A DNA stretch of 64,000 nt from Candidatus Woesearchaeota archaeon (GTDB taxonomy: Archaea; Nanobdellota; Nanobdellia; SCGC-AAA011-G17; GW2011-AR17): contig CAYPLB010000001.1 in NCBI GenBank assembly GCA_964411565.1, positions 106,839-170,838 of the forward strand, read 5' to 3'. Shown one piece after another: positions 56,101 through 63,749 of this stretch. Below the pieces are notes generated by a model, which was given only the letters and a program-made list of their open reading frames with translations, was not told the origin of the DNA and did no database searches. The translations under genes were made by a program, and so were the position numbers. How positions within the stretch are numbered: the stretch's first letter is position 1; every line of letters starts with the position of its first letter.

Positions 56101-57075
56101 AAAGAAAATAAAGAAAAAGCATTAGCTTATGCAGAAGATTTGAAAAAATTGTTTGAAGATGTTGAAGTTCAAATAAGTTCTATATTAATTAGAAAAGGTA
56201 ATATAAGAAAAGATGGAAAACTAACTTCAAAATGTGTTTTAACATTAGCAAAAAATCATGATAATATTATTTGGTTTTTGGATAAGGTTGGATATAGGTA
56301 TTGTGAAAATAAAGAAAAAGCTGGAAGAAGATGGTTACTTTATTTGAAATCAAAGAAATTTGAAGGTTATATGCAAAATTTATTGAAGAAAAAAGCAATA
56401 CAAATACATGCTGAAAAAGGTTTAGGTAAAATAAAAATAGCTAAAATTTTGGGAGTTAAACCTTATCAAGTTAGGGATTGGATATATTTTTCACATTTTG
56501 GGACAAGAGCTCCAAATTCTTTTCCTAATTTTAATGAATGGATTAAAGAAAGAGAAATAGATAATGTAGTATTTGAGAATGTTATACTAAAAAAGTTTTC
56601 TCCAGCACAAGAAGTTTTTGATTTGACTGTAGAAGGGACTCATAACTTTGTAGCAAATGATTTTATTATACATAATTGTCATAATTTTTTACCATTTGAA
56701 GGAAAGACAGCTGCAACTGATGCTTTAGTTACAATTTTGAGAGAAGGTAGACAACCTGGTTTGTCTTTGTTATTAATTACACAACAACCAGGAAAAGTTC
56801 ATACTGATGTATTAACACAATCTGATATTGTTCTTTCTCATAGATTAACTGCAAAGAGAGATGTTAGTGCTTTGAACTCTATGATGCAGACTTATTTAGG
56901 AGAAACTTTAACTGGATATTTGAATATGTTGCCATCTGAGAAAGGTGCAGCAATTATTTTAGATGATAATTCTGAAAGGTTATATCCTATGAAAGTTAGG
57001 CCTAAATTTTCTTGGCATGGTGGAGAAGCACCAACAGCATTAAAGTATAAGAGATCAATGAACTTGGGGATTTAA
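53143..57075 (+). CDS. HerA/FtsK-like (DUF87-type) P-loop ATPase interrupted by two inteins
   Basis: 1310 aa. The exteins splice to ...VVGKRGGGK|SYSASVIAEG (Walker A), ...VWFIIDE|CHNFLPF (DEAH-type Walker B) and LLLITQQPGKVHTDVLTQSDIVLSHRL (HerA-like TQxP region). The total extein length is about 445 aa. Confidence 0.85.
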   Translation: MPFNVIVGRNESDKKKFGDKGSILLGRTYVKMGQTVSLSNYIYMDVIRSHIVFVVGKRGGGKCLTGDSLVCLDDGSCLPIKELEDNNQKILSLNKGLKINPREKDDFFKRKVDKIVNLKLRSGRNIKLTPEHPLLTIKGWKAVKDLNFGSRIAVPRKIEVFGNEEMSDFKIKLLAYLIAEGHTRNSWVLFSNKDKIIFEDFEDSVKKFDDNLQVLEHSKPGCYRVSNKNNRYGGKKNSIKEWLIGYELYGKYATEKWIPQDIFRLPRKSLALFLNRLFSCDGSVYYSNSTKSWEICYSSSSERLIRDVQHLLLRFGVLSKLREKNIKYNGEYVKSYELVVNRENCIKYIEEIGFLGNKKEISKKCYNEIINVVKNPNVDTIPKEIWDIYRPENWAALGRAVGYKHPKAMRERIRYSPSRQTMLQIGLVEENLSLMAIARSDIFWDEIVSMEVLDGEFEVFDISIPKSHNFVANDVIVHNSYSASVIAEGMVDLPDEVSKNLSVIMIDTMGVFWSMKYPNEKDLDLLEQWDLKPKGLKKITVFVPIGKFEDAKKNGVPVDEPFSLKASELTGEDWRLAFELDYSHPVAILMEKILGDMLEEKIYEYDIDDIIERIEKESTFPQLVRNEGINRMKASKRWGLFSKEGTKINTLIRGGQVSVLDTSAYLTGEGGQAVRSLVVGLVARRVFVERMISRQLEEVEAIKTGYSYFKMEEEADNKEKKPLVWFIIDECVPKGTKVHTHNGHTSIEEVIERFNSGKEVKVMSYDALRNEYGFRKVTKVYENGVKDLIELRTETGKILKCTPDHKLLGVLGFRKANEVTEIGAPLNYHHDKREKLIIARLFGNIVGDGYLSSNGTIVGFSGKGCKEDLLRIKDDLGDLNFSSGEIYSRKTESQIVSEDGKIVKVKGISQELRSSTKCFNYFSKLEAPIGEKILSDFRIPKWLKEASFEEKTEFLAGLMGADGNLPSVNKNCGSDPNPIRLSFNFLKENKEKALAYAEDLKKLFEDVEVQISSILIRKGNIRKDGKLTSKCVLTLAKNHDNIIWFLDKVGYRYCENKEKAGRRWLLYLKSKKFEGYMQNLLKKKAIQIHAEKGLGKIKIAKILGVKPYQVRDWIYFSHFGTRAPNSFPNFNEWIKEREIDNVVFENVILKKFSPAQEVFDLTVEGTHNFVANDFIIHNCHNFLPFEGKTAATDALVTILREGRQPGLSLLLITQQPGKVHTDVLTQSDIVLSHRLTAKRDVSALNSMMQTYLGETLTGYLNMLPSEKGAAIILDDNSERLYPMKVRPKFSWHGGEAPTALKYKRSMNLGI
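53329..54579 (+). mobile_element. intein 1 (417 aa) with LAGLIDADG homing-endonuclease domain, inserted in the P-loop
   Basis: It starts with Cys1 (CLTGDSLVCLDDG) and ends ...VIVHN followed by the +1 residue Ser. The LAGLIDADG-type blocks are LAYLIAEGH and FLNRLFSCDGSV. Confidence 0.85.
55333..56676 (+). mobile_element. intein 2 (448 aa) with LAGLIDADG homing-endonuclease domain, inserted after the Walker B IIDE
   Basis: It starts CVPKGTKVHTHNGH and ends ...FIIHN followed by the +1 residue Cys. The LAGLIDADG-type blocks are LFGNIVGDGY and EFLAGLMGADGN. Confidence 0.85.
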
Positions 57076-57627
57076 ATGTACGAGAGAAGAGATAAGTTTT
57101 ATGAAAAAGCTAAGAAAGCAGGATATAGAGCTAGGTCTTCATACAAATTAATAGAAATTCAAAAAAAATATAATCTAATTAAAAAAAATGATGATGTGTT
57201 AGATATTGGTTGTGCTCCAGGTTCTTGGTTACAAGTTGTGAAAAAATATACCAAAGGAAAGATTGTTGGAGTTGATATTGTTCCAATGAAAAAAGTTTCT
57301 GGAGTTAAATTTATTAAAGAAGATGTTAGAGAAATTAAATTTAGTGAGAAATTTGATGTTGTTATTTCTGATATTGCTCCAAAAACAACAGGAAGTAGAG
57401 AAGAAGATCAATTTTTGTCTTATGAACTATCAAGAGAAAGTTTTTTGGTCGCTAAAAAGAATTTGAAGAAGAAAGGAAATTTTTTAGTGAAAACATTTCA
57501 ATCTCAAGATACAGAAGAATTAGTAAAAGAAATGAAACCTTTTTTTGGTTTTTTAAAGAGATATGTGCCAAAGAGTACAAGACAAAGTTCTAAGGAATTG
57601 TATATTATAGGGTTAGGATTTAAATAA
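57076..57627 (+). CDS. rlmE: rRNA (uridine-2'-O)-methyltransferase RlmE/FtsJ
   Basis: 183 aa. GYRARSSYKLIEIQKKY and DIGCAPGSW are FtsJ hallmarks. Its ATG directly follows the stop of the ATPase gene. Confidence 0.85.
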   Translation: MYERRDKFYEKAKKAGYRARSSYKLIEIQKKYNLIKKNDDVLDIGCAPGSWLQVVKKYTKGKIVGVDIVPMKKVSGVKFIKEDVREIKFSEKFDVVISDIAPKTTGSREEDQFLSYELSRESFLVAKKNLKKKGNFLVKTFQSQDTEELVKEMKPFFGFLKRYVPKSTRQSSKELYIIGLGFK

Positions 57628-57629
57628 AT

Positions 57630-57637
57630 TTTATAAA
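57630..57637 (+). promoter_or_regulatory. TATA box for the 57660 gene
   Basis: tttataaa sits 23-30 nt upstream of ATG 57660. Confidence 0.35.
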
Positions 57638-57659
57638 TAGATAATTTTTCTTTGTGTAG

Positions 57660-58019
57660 ATGAAAGTTGAAAATTTAAATTTAGGACAAGAAGTAAGGAT
57701 AAAACATATTGAAGAGAATGAATATCAAAAAGCAAGATATGTAGGTTTATTTGGACAACAAGACCAATTGGCTACTTTTATTTGGAATAGTGAAAGGAAA
57801 GATTTTATTGATGGAGTAAGAGCCTATATGGATCAAAATTTTAAAATTCATAAAGAAAATGATGCTGTTTTTGTTGAATATGGAAAAACCAGTAATTGGG
57901 AAGGAGTTAGTAGAACTTTAGGTACAGTTTATTATTTCTCAGATTTTTTACAAGGGGAAATTAGGAATTTGGAAAAATTCGCAGAGAGAGAGTATAATTC
58001 ATTATTAGCTTTTTTGTAA
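57660..58019 (+). CDS. small hypothetical protein (119 aa)
   Basis: No motif found. Confidence 0.4.
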   Translation: MKVENLNLGQEVRIKHIEENEYQKARYVGLFGQQDQLATFIWNSERKDFIDGVRAYMDQNFKIHKENDAVFVEYGKTSNWEGVSRTLGTVYYFSDFLQGEIRNLEKFAEREYNSLLAFL

Positions 58020-58150
58020 ATCTTTTGATTTTTCTGAAAATCTTTCAGTTTTTTCTTGTAAAGTTTTTTTAAATTGTTTTTGTTATTATAGTTTGAGAGT
58101 TTTTTTGCTGTTTTTGTTGATATAGCGAGAGCTTTCTTAGGAGGTGTAAG

Positions 58151-58684
58151 ATGAGTTTAGAATCTGAGATTATTAAGGAAATTGAAAATAAAGGATGGGA
58201 TATAAGTTATAATGGTGAAACTGTTGAAAATATTTATGGACAAGAATTTGAAGTTAATTTTGAGAAATCTGATGGTTTTTTTAGTTTAGGTGGCTATATT
58301 GATCCATTAGGAAAGAAGATTGTTATAAAAGATCCTGATCCACAATATGTTGCTTTGACACAAGCAGATTCAAGAGGAGATTTGATGGCGCAAACTTTAG
58401 CACATGAATTAGGACATGCAGATTCATATTGGGTTTCATATGGATTGAGTGCTTTGATTATAACATTAGGTGTGCAACAAGCAGTTAGTAATAAATCAGT
58501 AAAACCATTAGCTTATGCAGGAGTTACATTTGTAGGTTGTAGATTGCTAGTTGATGAAGTTATTGCTGAAGCTTTTGCTTGTGCTTTTCATGATGTGCCA
58601 TTTTTTAGAAGCGCATATTTAGGTCTACCAAGTATAGCAGGGTCTGCATCAGAAGTTTGGAATGGAATCCAGGGACTTTTTTAG
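58151..58684 (+). CDS. HEXXH zinc-metallopeptidase-like protein
   Basis: 177 aa with LAHELGHADSYW. Strong SD ggaggtg lies 7 nt upstream. A hydrophobic stretch follows the HEXXH. Confidence 0.45.
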   Translation: MSLESEIIKEIENKGWDISYNGETVENIYGQEFEVNFEKSDGFFSLGGYIDPLGKKIVIKDPDPQYVALTQADSRGDLMAQTLAHELGHADSYWVSYGLSALIITLGVQQAVSNKSVKPLAYAGVTFVGCRLLVDEVIAEAFACAFHDVPFFRSAYLGLPSIAGSASEVWNGIQGLF

Positions 58685-59007
58685 TTTCTTTTAGGAAGAA
58701 TTAAATTTAAGTTGAAGGTTTTTATTAGACTTTCAACAAATTGTTCACCTTTTTGAGTAATATAATACTCAACCCTTAAAGGTTGTTCAATTAAAATCTT
58801 TCTCCCAATTAAACCAATTTCTTCTAAATGTTTTAATTTGTTTGATAGAACCTTTGGAGTTATTTTATTTACTCTTTTATTAAGTTGGTAGAAGTTTATA
58901 GATCCATATGCATAAATTAATAATAAAAGTAATACAATCCATTTTCCAAAGATAGTATCTAGATGGATTACCTTCTTAATTATTTGTGATATATTGGCCT
59001 CTAACAT
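58681..59007 (-). CDS. winged-helix transcriptional regulator (HxlR/MarR-like) with N-terminal hydrophobic segment
   Basis: 108 aa. KITPKVLSNKLKHLEEIGLIGRKILIEQPLRVEYYITQKGEQFVE resembles the HxlR-type wing-helix. Confidence 0.5.
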   Translation of the reverse strand: MLEANISQIIKKVIHLDTIFGKWIVLLLLLIYAYGSINFYQLNKRVNKITPKVLSNKLKHLEEIGLIGRKILIEQPLRVEYYITQKGEQFVESLIKTFNLNLILPKRN

Positions 59008-59079
59008 AGAGTATTTTATGGGTTTTTTATTATATAAAAGTATGTTATCACTAAGAAGTTTAAGGGTTTAAAAAGGAAA

Positions 59080-59997
59080 TTATAGGATTTTTATGTCTAA
59101 GCAAACTCTAAGCTTTCCTGGACCATATTGACCACATTTTGCAACTTCTAAAACTTTAAACCTTTTTATGTGTTGTTTTATTGTCTCAATAGATCTTTTT
59201 GGAATATCTTTTTCACTTAGAAAATCGTAAAAGTGGATTGTTCCATTCTTTTTTAGTAATTTTTTTGCATTGTCTAAAAAGTCTTCAGCAGACTTTGGTA
59301 AAGGCATTAATATTCTGTCAAATTTTTCTTTGTGAGAGAAAGTTTTTGCATCTTCATTGTATAATTCTATATTAGGATATTTTTTGCAATTCTCAATAGC
59401 ATATTTGTGACCAATAGGATTTTTTTCTACAGCAACAATTAGTTTAGGGTTTGAATGTTTTGCAATTACTAAAGGATATGGAGCTACTCCAGAAAATAAT
59501 ACTAATACTTTTTCATTATCTTTGACTTGTTTTGCTACTCTTAATCTTTCAGTGCTTAATCTTGGAGAAAAGTAAACTTTTTCAGGGTTTAATTTCATTT
59601 GTATTCCATTTTCTCTGTGAATTGTTTCTTTTCTTTTCTCGCCAGCTATATGTTCTAGTTTTAATGTTCTGAACTCTCCAGAATAATTTCCTTTTCTTCT
59701 TAATACAACTTTAATATTTGATCTTTTTAATATTTCTTTAGCATCAGATTTTTTTGCTTCTTGAGATAAAATAACTATGTCACCAACTAAGTCATAAGAA
59801 CTAGATTCAATATTTGATCTTTCAATTTTTTCACATTTTTTTTGTACAATATTTAAACCTTTGATTTCTTTTGTAAGAGGGAAATATATGAACTGTTTGG
59901 TAACTAAAGCTTTGTAATCTCTTGAAAGAACCTTAGCTTTGATTAGTTTTTGTTTTAATTTTTCTGCATCTTTCTTCAGCGTTTTAGCGCATTTCAT
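59080..59997 (-). CDS. tRNA methyltransferase of the Trm5/Taw2 (Met-10+) family
   Basis: 305 aa. VLVLFSGVAPYPLVIAK (motif I of Trm5/Taw2) is present and the C-terminal class I MTase fold is intact. Confidence 0.7.
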   Translation of the reverse strand: MKCAKTLKKDAEKLKQKLIKAKVLSRDYKALVTKQFIYFPLTKEIKGLNIVQKKCEKIERSNIESSSYDLVGDIVILSQEAKKSDAKEILKRSNIKVVLRRKGNYSGEFRTLKLEHIAGEKRKETIHRENGIQMKLNPEKVYFSPRLSTERLRVAKQVKDNEKVLVLFSGVAPYPLVIAKHSNPKLIVAVEKNPIGHKYAIENCKKYPNIELYNEDAKTFSHKEKFDRILMPLPKSAEDFLDNAKKLLKKNGTIHFYDFLSEKDIPKRSIETIKQHIKRFKVLEVAKCGQYGPGKLRVCLDIKIL

Positions 59998-60079
59998 AGT
60001 ATTATATAAGAAAATGAGAGTTTAAAAGCCTTTTTGGATTATGAGGTAGAAAACTGAAATCTTTAAATATTAGGTCTTT

Positions 60080-60583
60080 TTGAAGTTTTTTATGAATCCA
60101 TTATTATTATTACCATTTGTTAGCATGGCTGAAGCATATGATCCTAAAGATATTAGTGCTATTGTTATTGATGAAGCTTTTAAAGATGGAACTTATGAAG
60201 ATAGTTTAGATTCTAGAGAATATAGGATCGATAAATTTTCTGAACAAAATATGCAATATTTTGGGTGGTTTAAAATTCCTGTATATTTAGATGAAATTGT
60301 TTATACTGATAAAGAGAATAATGGATTGTCTGAAGGAGATAAATTAAGTTATAATTTTAGATTTGTTGTAGGAGGAAGGAATATGTATTTTTCATTTGAA
60401 GACCATTTTCATAGCTCTGAAGGATTGTATGCAACTTGTGTTTATACTGATTTACCAGAAAGTAAATGTGTTACTGTTGCAGATTTTAATCAGTTTGGAG
60501 AAACTTCTTCTTTGATTTATCAGACTACAGAGCTATATAGAGAAAAGGTTGGAAGTCTATTTGAAAAATTATCTTCTCCTTAA
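60080..60583 (+). CDS. secreted hypothetical protein
   Basis: 167 aa with signal peptide MKFFMNPLLLLPFVSMAEA. It is convergent with and overlaps the next gene. Confidence 0.4.
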   Translation: MKFFMNPLLLLPFVSMAEAYDPKDISAIVIDEAFKDGTYEDSLDSREYRIDKFSEQNMQYFGWFKIPVYLDEIVYTDKENNGLSEGDKLSYNFRFVVGGRNMYFSFEDHFHSSEGLYATCVYTDLPESKCVTVADFNQFGETSSLIYQTTELYREKVGSLFEKLSSP

Positions 60584-61687
60584 TGGATATATTACATTTG
60601 CACTTTGTCTAGGTGGCCTTTGTGCTTGGAATGTTTCTAAATCTTCTTCTAACCAAGAACTGGATTCTTCACTCCAATGAGGTGGAGCATTACTTTTACC
60701 ATTAATTTCATTATGGAAATATTCGTTGTTATAGTACATCCAAATGTCTACAGTAGGATAATCATGATATTTGAAATAATAATAAGGGATACTTGAGGAA
60801 TCTACTTCCATGTAACCAGTTTCATCGTAATAGTTTCCAGCAGTTGCTTCAACATCAAACCATCTTCCATCTTCATATACTTGTACCCATGCATGACCAC
60901 CAACAGTCCCATCAAAATTTACAGTTCCAAGGACAACTCGAATATTTTCTGTATCATAACCATCTGCAATTAATACTGAAACTAATGTATTAGCTTGTTC
61001 TTCACAGTCACTTGCAGTTAAACCTAAAGGATTGGTGTCCAAACTTGCTGTAATTGTTAAAAAGTTTTCAGGGAATAACCATTTTTCTTCTTCACCAAAT
61101 AACATAGAATCTGACATCCAAACCCAATCTAAGGATTCAGCATATATTTCTTCTATTCCATCAAGTTCATCAGCTAATTCTTGAACTGCATCAGAGTCTG
61201 GAGTAATGTAAAGTTGGTATGGAGATATTATGCCACCAGGCCAGTCAATTTCTGGATTTTCTTCTTCAAGTAATCTCTGTAATTCCTCTCTGTCAATAAT
61301 GTCTCTTTGTATAACTGTTCTATCTAAATTTAAGTTTTTAATTTTTTCATCTCTTGCTGAATTTAAATCTTGTTTTAAGTCACTAATCATTGTTTTAATA
61401 TTATGGCCTTTAGCAAGTTCTAATACACAAGAATTTGAACTTAAGTATTCATAGTCAGAATCTGTTCCATCTGAGCCAATAATAATAAATTCATCATTTT
61501 CAATAGTAATTTTAACTTCACCTGGTACTAATGATTCCCATTCACAACTTTTGTCAAATTTTATTACAATTGGTTCTGTTGTATTATAAAAAGTTAAATA
61601 TAAAGATGTAGCTAGTGCTAGTAATAATATAATAGTGATTGTAAAAATTATAGTTTTTCTTAAAGCTCTTTTAGTGGCCTTTTTCAT
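60569..61687 (-). CDS. membrane-anchored transglutaminase-like (papain-fold Cys-His-Asp) domain protein
   Basis: 372 aa with an N-terminal TM anchor. The core DCEEQANTLVSVLIADG...GGHAWVQVYEDGRWFDVEAT matches the transglutaminase-like Cys/His/Asp arrangement. Confidence 0.7.
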   Translation of the reverse strand: MKKATKRALRKTIIFTITIILLLALATSLYLTFYNTTEPIVIKFDKSCEWESLVPGEVKITIENDEFIIIGSDGTDSDYEYLSSNSCVLELAKGHNIKTMISDLKQDLNSARDEKIKNLNLDRTVIQRDIIDREELQRLLEEENPEIDWPGGIISPYQLYITPDSDAVQELADELDGIEEIYAESLDWVWMSDSMLFGEEEKWLFPENFLTITASLDTNPLGLTASDCEEQANTLVSVLIADGYDTENIRVVLGTVNFDGTVGGHAWVQVYEDGRWFDVEATAGNYYDETGYMEVDSSSIPYYYFKYHDYPTVDIWMYYNNEYFHNEINGKSNAPPHWSEESSSWLEEDLETFQAQRPPRQSANVIYPLRRR

Positions 61688-61711
61688 TGGTAGAAAATAT
61701 TTATTTTGAAT

Positions 61712-62290
61712 TTATAAAGTTTTAGAAAGATGTTCTGTGCAGTTAAAAAGCTCCATTTGTTTGTTGTTGATTATTGTTAAGGAAGTGTTATCGGTTAAAT
61801 ATTCTCTGTATTCTTCTATAGGTATGTTGAGTAAATGAAGGATTGAACATATTATTGAACCTCCATGCCCAACAATTAAAATGTTTTTATCTGGTAGTTC
61901 TTTGTAAAATTGTGAAATTTTTGGTAGACAATCTAAGTAATTTTCTCCACCTTCAGGTCTAAAGTAACAATAAAGTATATTTTGTTTGTTTAATTCTTTG
62001 TAGAAATGTTTACGTTTCATACCTTCATATTTGCCTTTTGACATCTCTCTTAGTTCCTTTTTTTGATTTAATTTAATATTTGGATGAAATTTTAAGATCT
62101 CTTTAGCAGTTCTTGAAGCTCTTTGTAAATCACTAGAAAAAGCTAAATCAAATTTTAGATCTTTTAGTCTGTTTGCAATTGCTTTTGCTTGTTCTATACC
62201 TTTTTCAGTTAAAGGAGAATCTAGTTGACCTTGTGTGATGTCATTTTTATTAGCTTCAGATTGTCCATGTCTTACCAAGAAAAGTCTCAT
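61712..62290 (-). CDS. histidine phosphatase (phosphoglycerate-mutase family)
   Basis: 192 aa. LVRHGQSEAN is the RHG catalytic motif, with HGG near the C-terminus. Confidence 0.8.
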   Translation of the reverse strand: MRLFLVRHGQSEANKNDITQGQLDSPLTEKGIEQAKAIANRLKDLKFDLAFSSDLQRASRTAKEILKFHPNIKLNQKKELREMSKGKYEGMKRKHFYKELNKQNILYCYFRPEGGENYLDCLPKISQFYKELPDKNILIVGHGGSIICSILHLLNIPIEEYREYLTDNTSLTIINNKQMELFNCTEHLSKTL

Positions 62291-62342
62291 AATATTTTGA
62301 AAAGTAGTAATATTTTTAAAGATTTGTTGCTTTTAGATAAGG

Positions 62343-62669
62343 ATGGTAGATGAAATTGTTACAAAAAATATTGAATTTCTTAGAAAAAATTTAAGTAAAT
62401 TTGTAAGATCTTCAGCAATGACAGGTCAAATGTATAAAGGATATAATATAATGAGCTATACTGTTTTTTATGATGAGAATGGTAGTTTTAAAAATAATAT
62501 TACTGAAGGAAAGAATAGTGTTTCTATGAAAATAGCTTTAAGTGATGTGAGCCCAAAGGCAAAATTATATCTTTTTGATTTCAAAGTTCCATTTTTTCCT
62601 TGGAAAGTAGGAAGAAAAGTTAAGGAAAGTTTGAATTTATATAATCAATTAGATGGTTTTAAACCCTAA
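62343..62669 (+). CDS. small hypothetical protein (108 aa)
   Basis: No motif found. It is convergent with the FEN-1 gene. Confidence 0.35.
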   Translation: MVDEIVTKNIEFLRKNLSKFVRSSAMTGQMYKGYNIMSYTVFYDENGSFKNNITEGKNSVSMKIALSDVSPKAKLYLFDFKVPFFPWKVGRKVKESLNLYNQLDGFKP

Positions 62670-63664
62670 AACCATTTTTTTAGTGTAGAATTTTCTTTTT
62701 CATTTATTTTTGAAAGAGTTTTATCAACTCTCTCTTCTGAAAAATCATGTCTCTCAATTAAAATCTCTTTTATTTTCTCAGGATCATATTTTTGTTCTTT
62801 AGGTTTTTCATCTTCAACAGGTATATTTTTGAAAATGTTTAATATCTCTTCCCAATCAAAGTCTGTTTCAAGTTCGTCAAATATTCTTTCAAACTTTTTT
62901 CCAGATTGTAATAATTTCAAAGCTTTCTTTGGACCAATTCCTTTGATCCCTTTTGGATTGAAATCTGTACCAACCATAATTCCTAAGACAATTAATTCTT
63001 CTTGGTTTAATTCTAATTTTTCTAATAATTCATTTAGTTCAATTAATTGAGGAAATACTGGGATAGATCTTCCTTGGAATCTTCTTGTTTTTGCTAGAGT
63101 TAAGTTTTGAATTAATCTTGGTGATCCGAAAAGTAAAGTGTCAAAATCTTGAGAAGCAGTTGCCCAAACTATTTTCTTTTTACACATGTGTGAACATTGT
63201 GCTTCTGCCTCTGAAGGAGCTTGTACTGTAGGTAAACCTAAGGCATTAAGTAATTCCTTTGATTCTTCAATCATATCTTCGTTCAAGGCAGAAAGCTGTC
63301 TAGAATATTTGTGCATTTGTTCGAAGTCTTCTTCTTCTTTTGCATGAATATATTTCTCTTTTGCTTTTGCTTTAGCCTTTCTTCTAATAACCCTGACATT
63401 TTCCTTTAATTCTGGAGCTTCACCATCAAATACAAATATTGGAGTAATTCCTTTTTGCATTAAATTAGGTACTCTGGAAAATAAACCTAGTAAATGTGAA
63501 GTAACATTGCCATCATCGTCAGTTAAAGGTGCACCATCTTGTTGTCTTATTGAACTAAGAAATTGAAAAATTACATTTTGAGCATCAACTGCAAGTTTTT
63601 TTCCATTTAATTGATCCCATTTTAATGGTTTTTTTTCAACTAAATCTGTAAGTTTGATTCCCAT
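62666..63664 (-). CDS. fen: flap endonuclease 1 (FEN-1), archaeal type
   Basis: 332 aa. MGIKLTDLV...AVDAQNVIFQFLSSIRQ...GITPIFVFDGEAPELK is the N-domain, followed by the I-domain acidic residues and a helix-hairpin-helix region. Confidence 0.9.
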   Translation of the reverse strand: MGIKLTDLVEKKPLKWDQLNGKKLAVDAQNVIFQFLSSIRQQDGAPLTDDDGNVTSHLLGLFSRVPNLMQKGITPIFVFDGEAPELKENVRVIRRKAKAKAKEKYIHAKEEEDFEQMHKYSRQLSALNEDMIEESKELLNALGLPTVQAPSEAEAQCSHMCKKKIVWATASQDFDTLLFGSPRLIQNLTLAKTRRFQGRSIPVFPQLIELNELLEKLELNQEELIVLGIMVGTDFNPKGIKGIGPKKALKLLQSGKKFERIFDELETDFDWEEILNIFKNIPVEDEKPKEQKYDPEKIKEILIERHDFSEERVDKTLSKINEKENSTLKKWF

Positions 63665-63718
63665 GTAGGTTTTCTAGAGTTAAGGGTATAAAAAGTTTTT
63701 GTGTTTAGATTGATAAGT

Positions 63719-63726
63719 TTTATAAA
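63719..63726 (+). promoter_or_regulatory. TATA box for the partial gene at 63750
   Basis: tttataaa sits 24-31 nt upstream of ATG 63750. A mirror TATA (63687-63694) serves FEN-1 on the other strand. Confidence 0.35.
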
Positions 63727-63749
63727 TTCAGTAAGTCATAATATAAATC

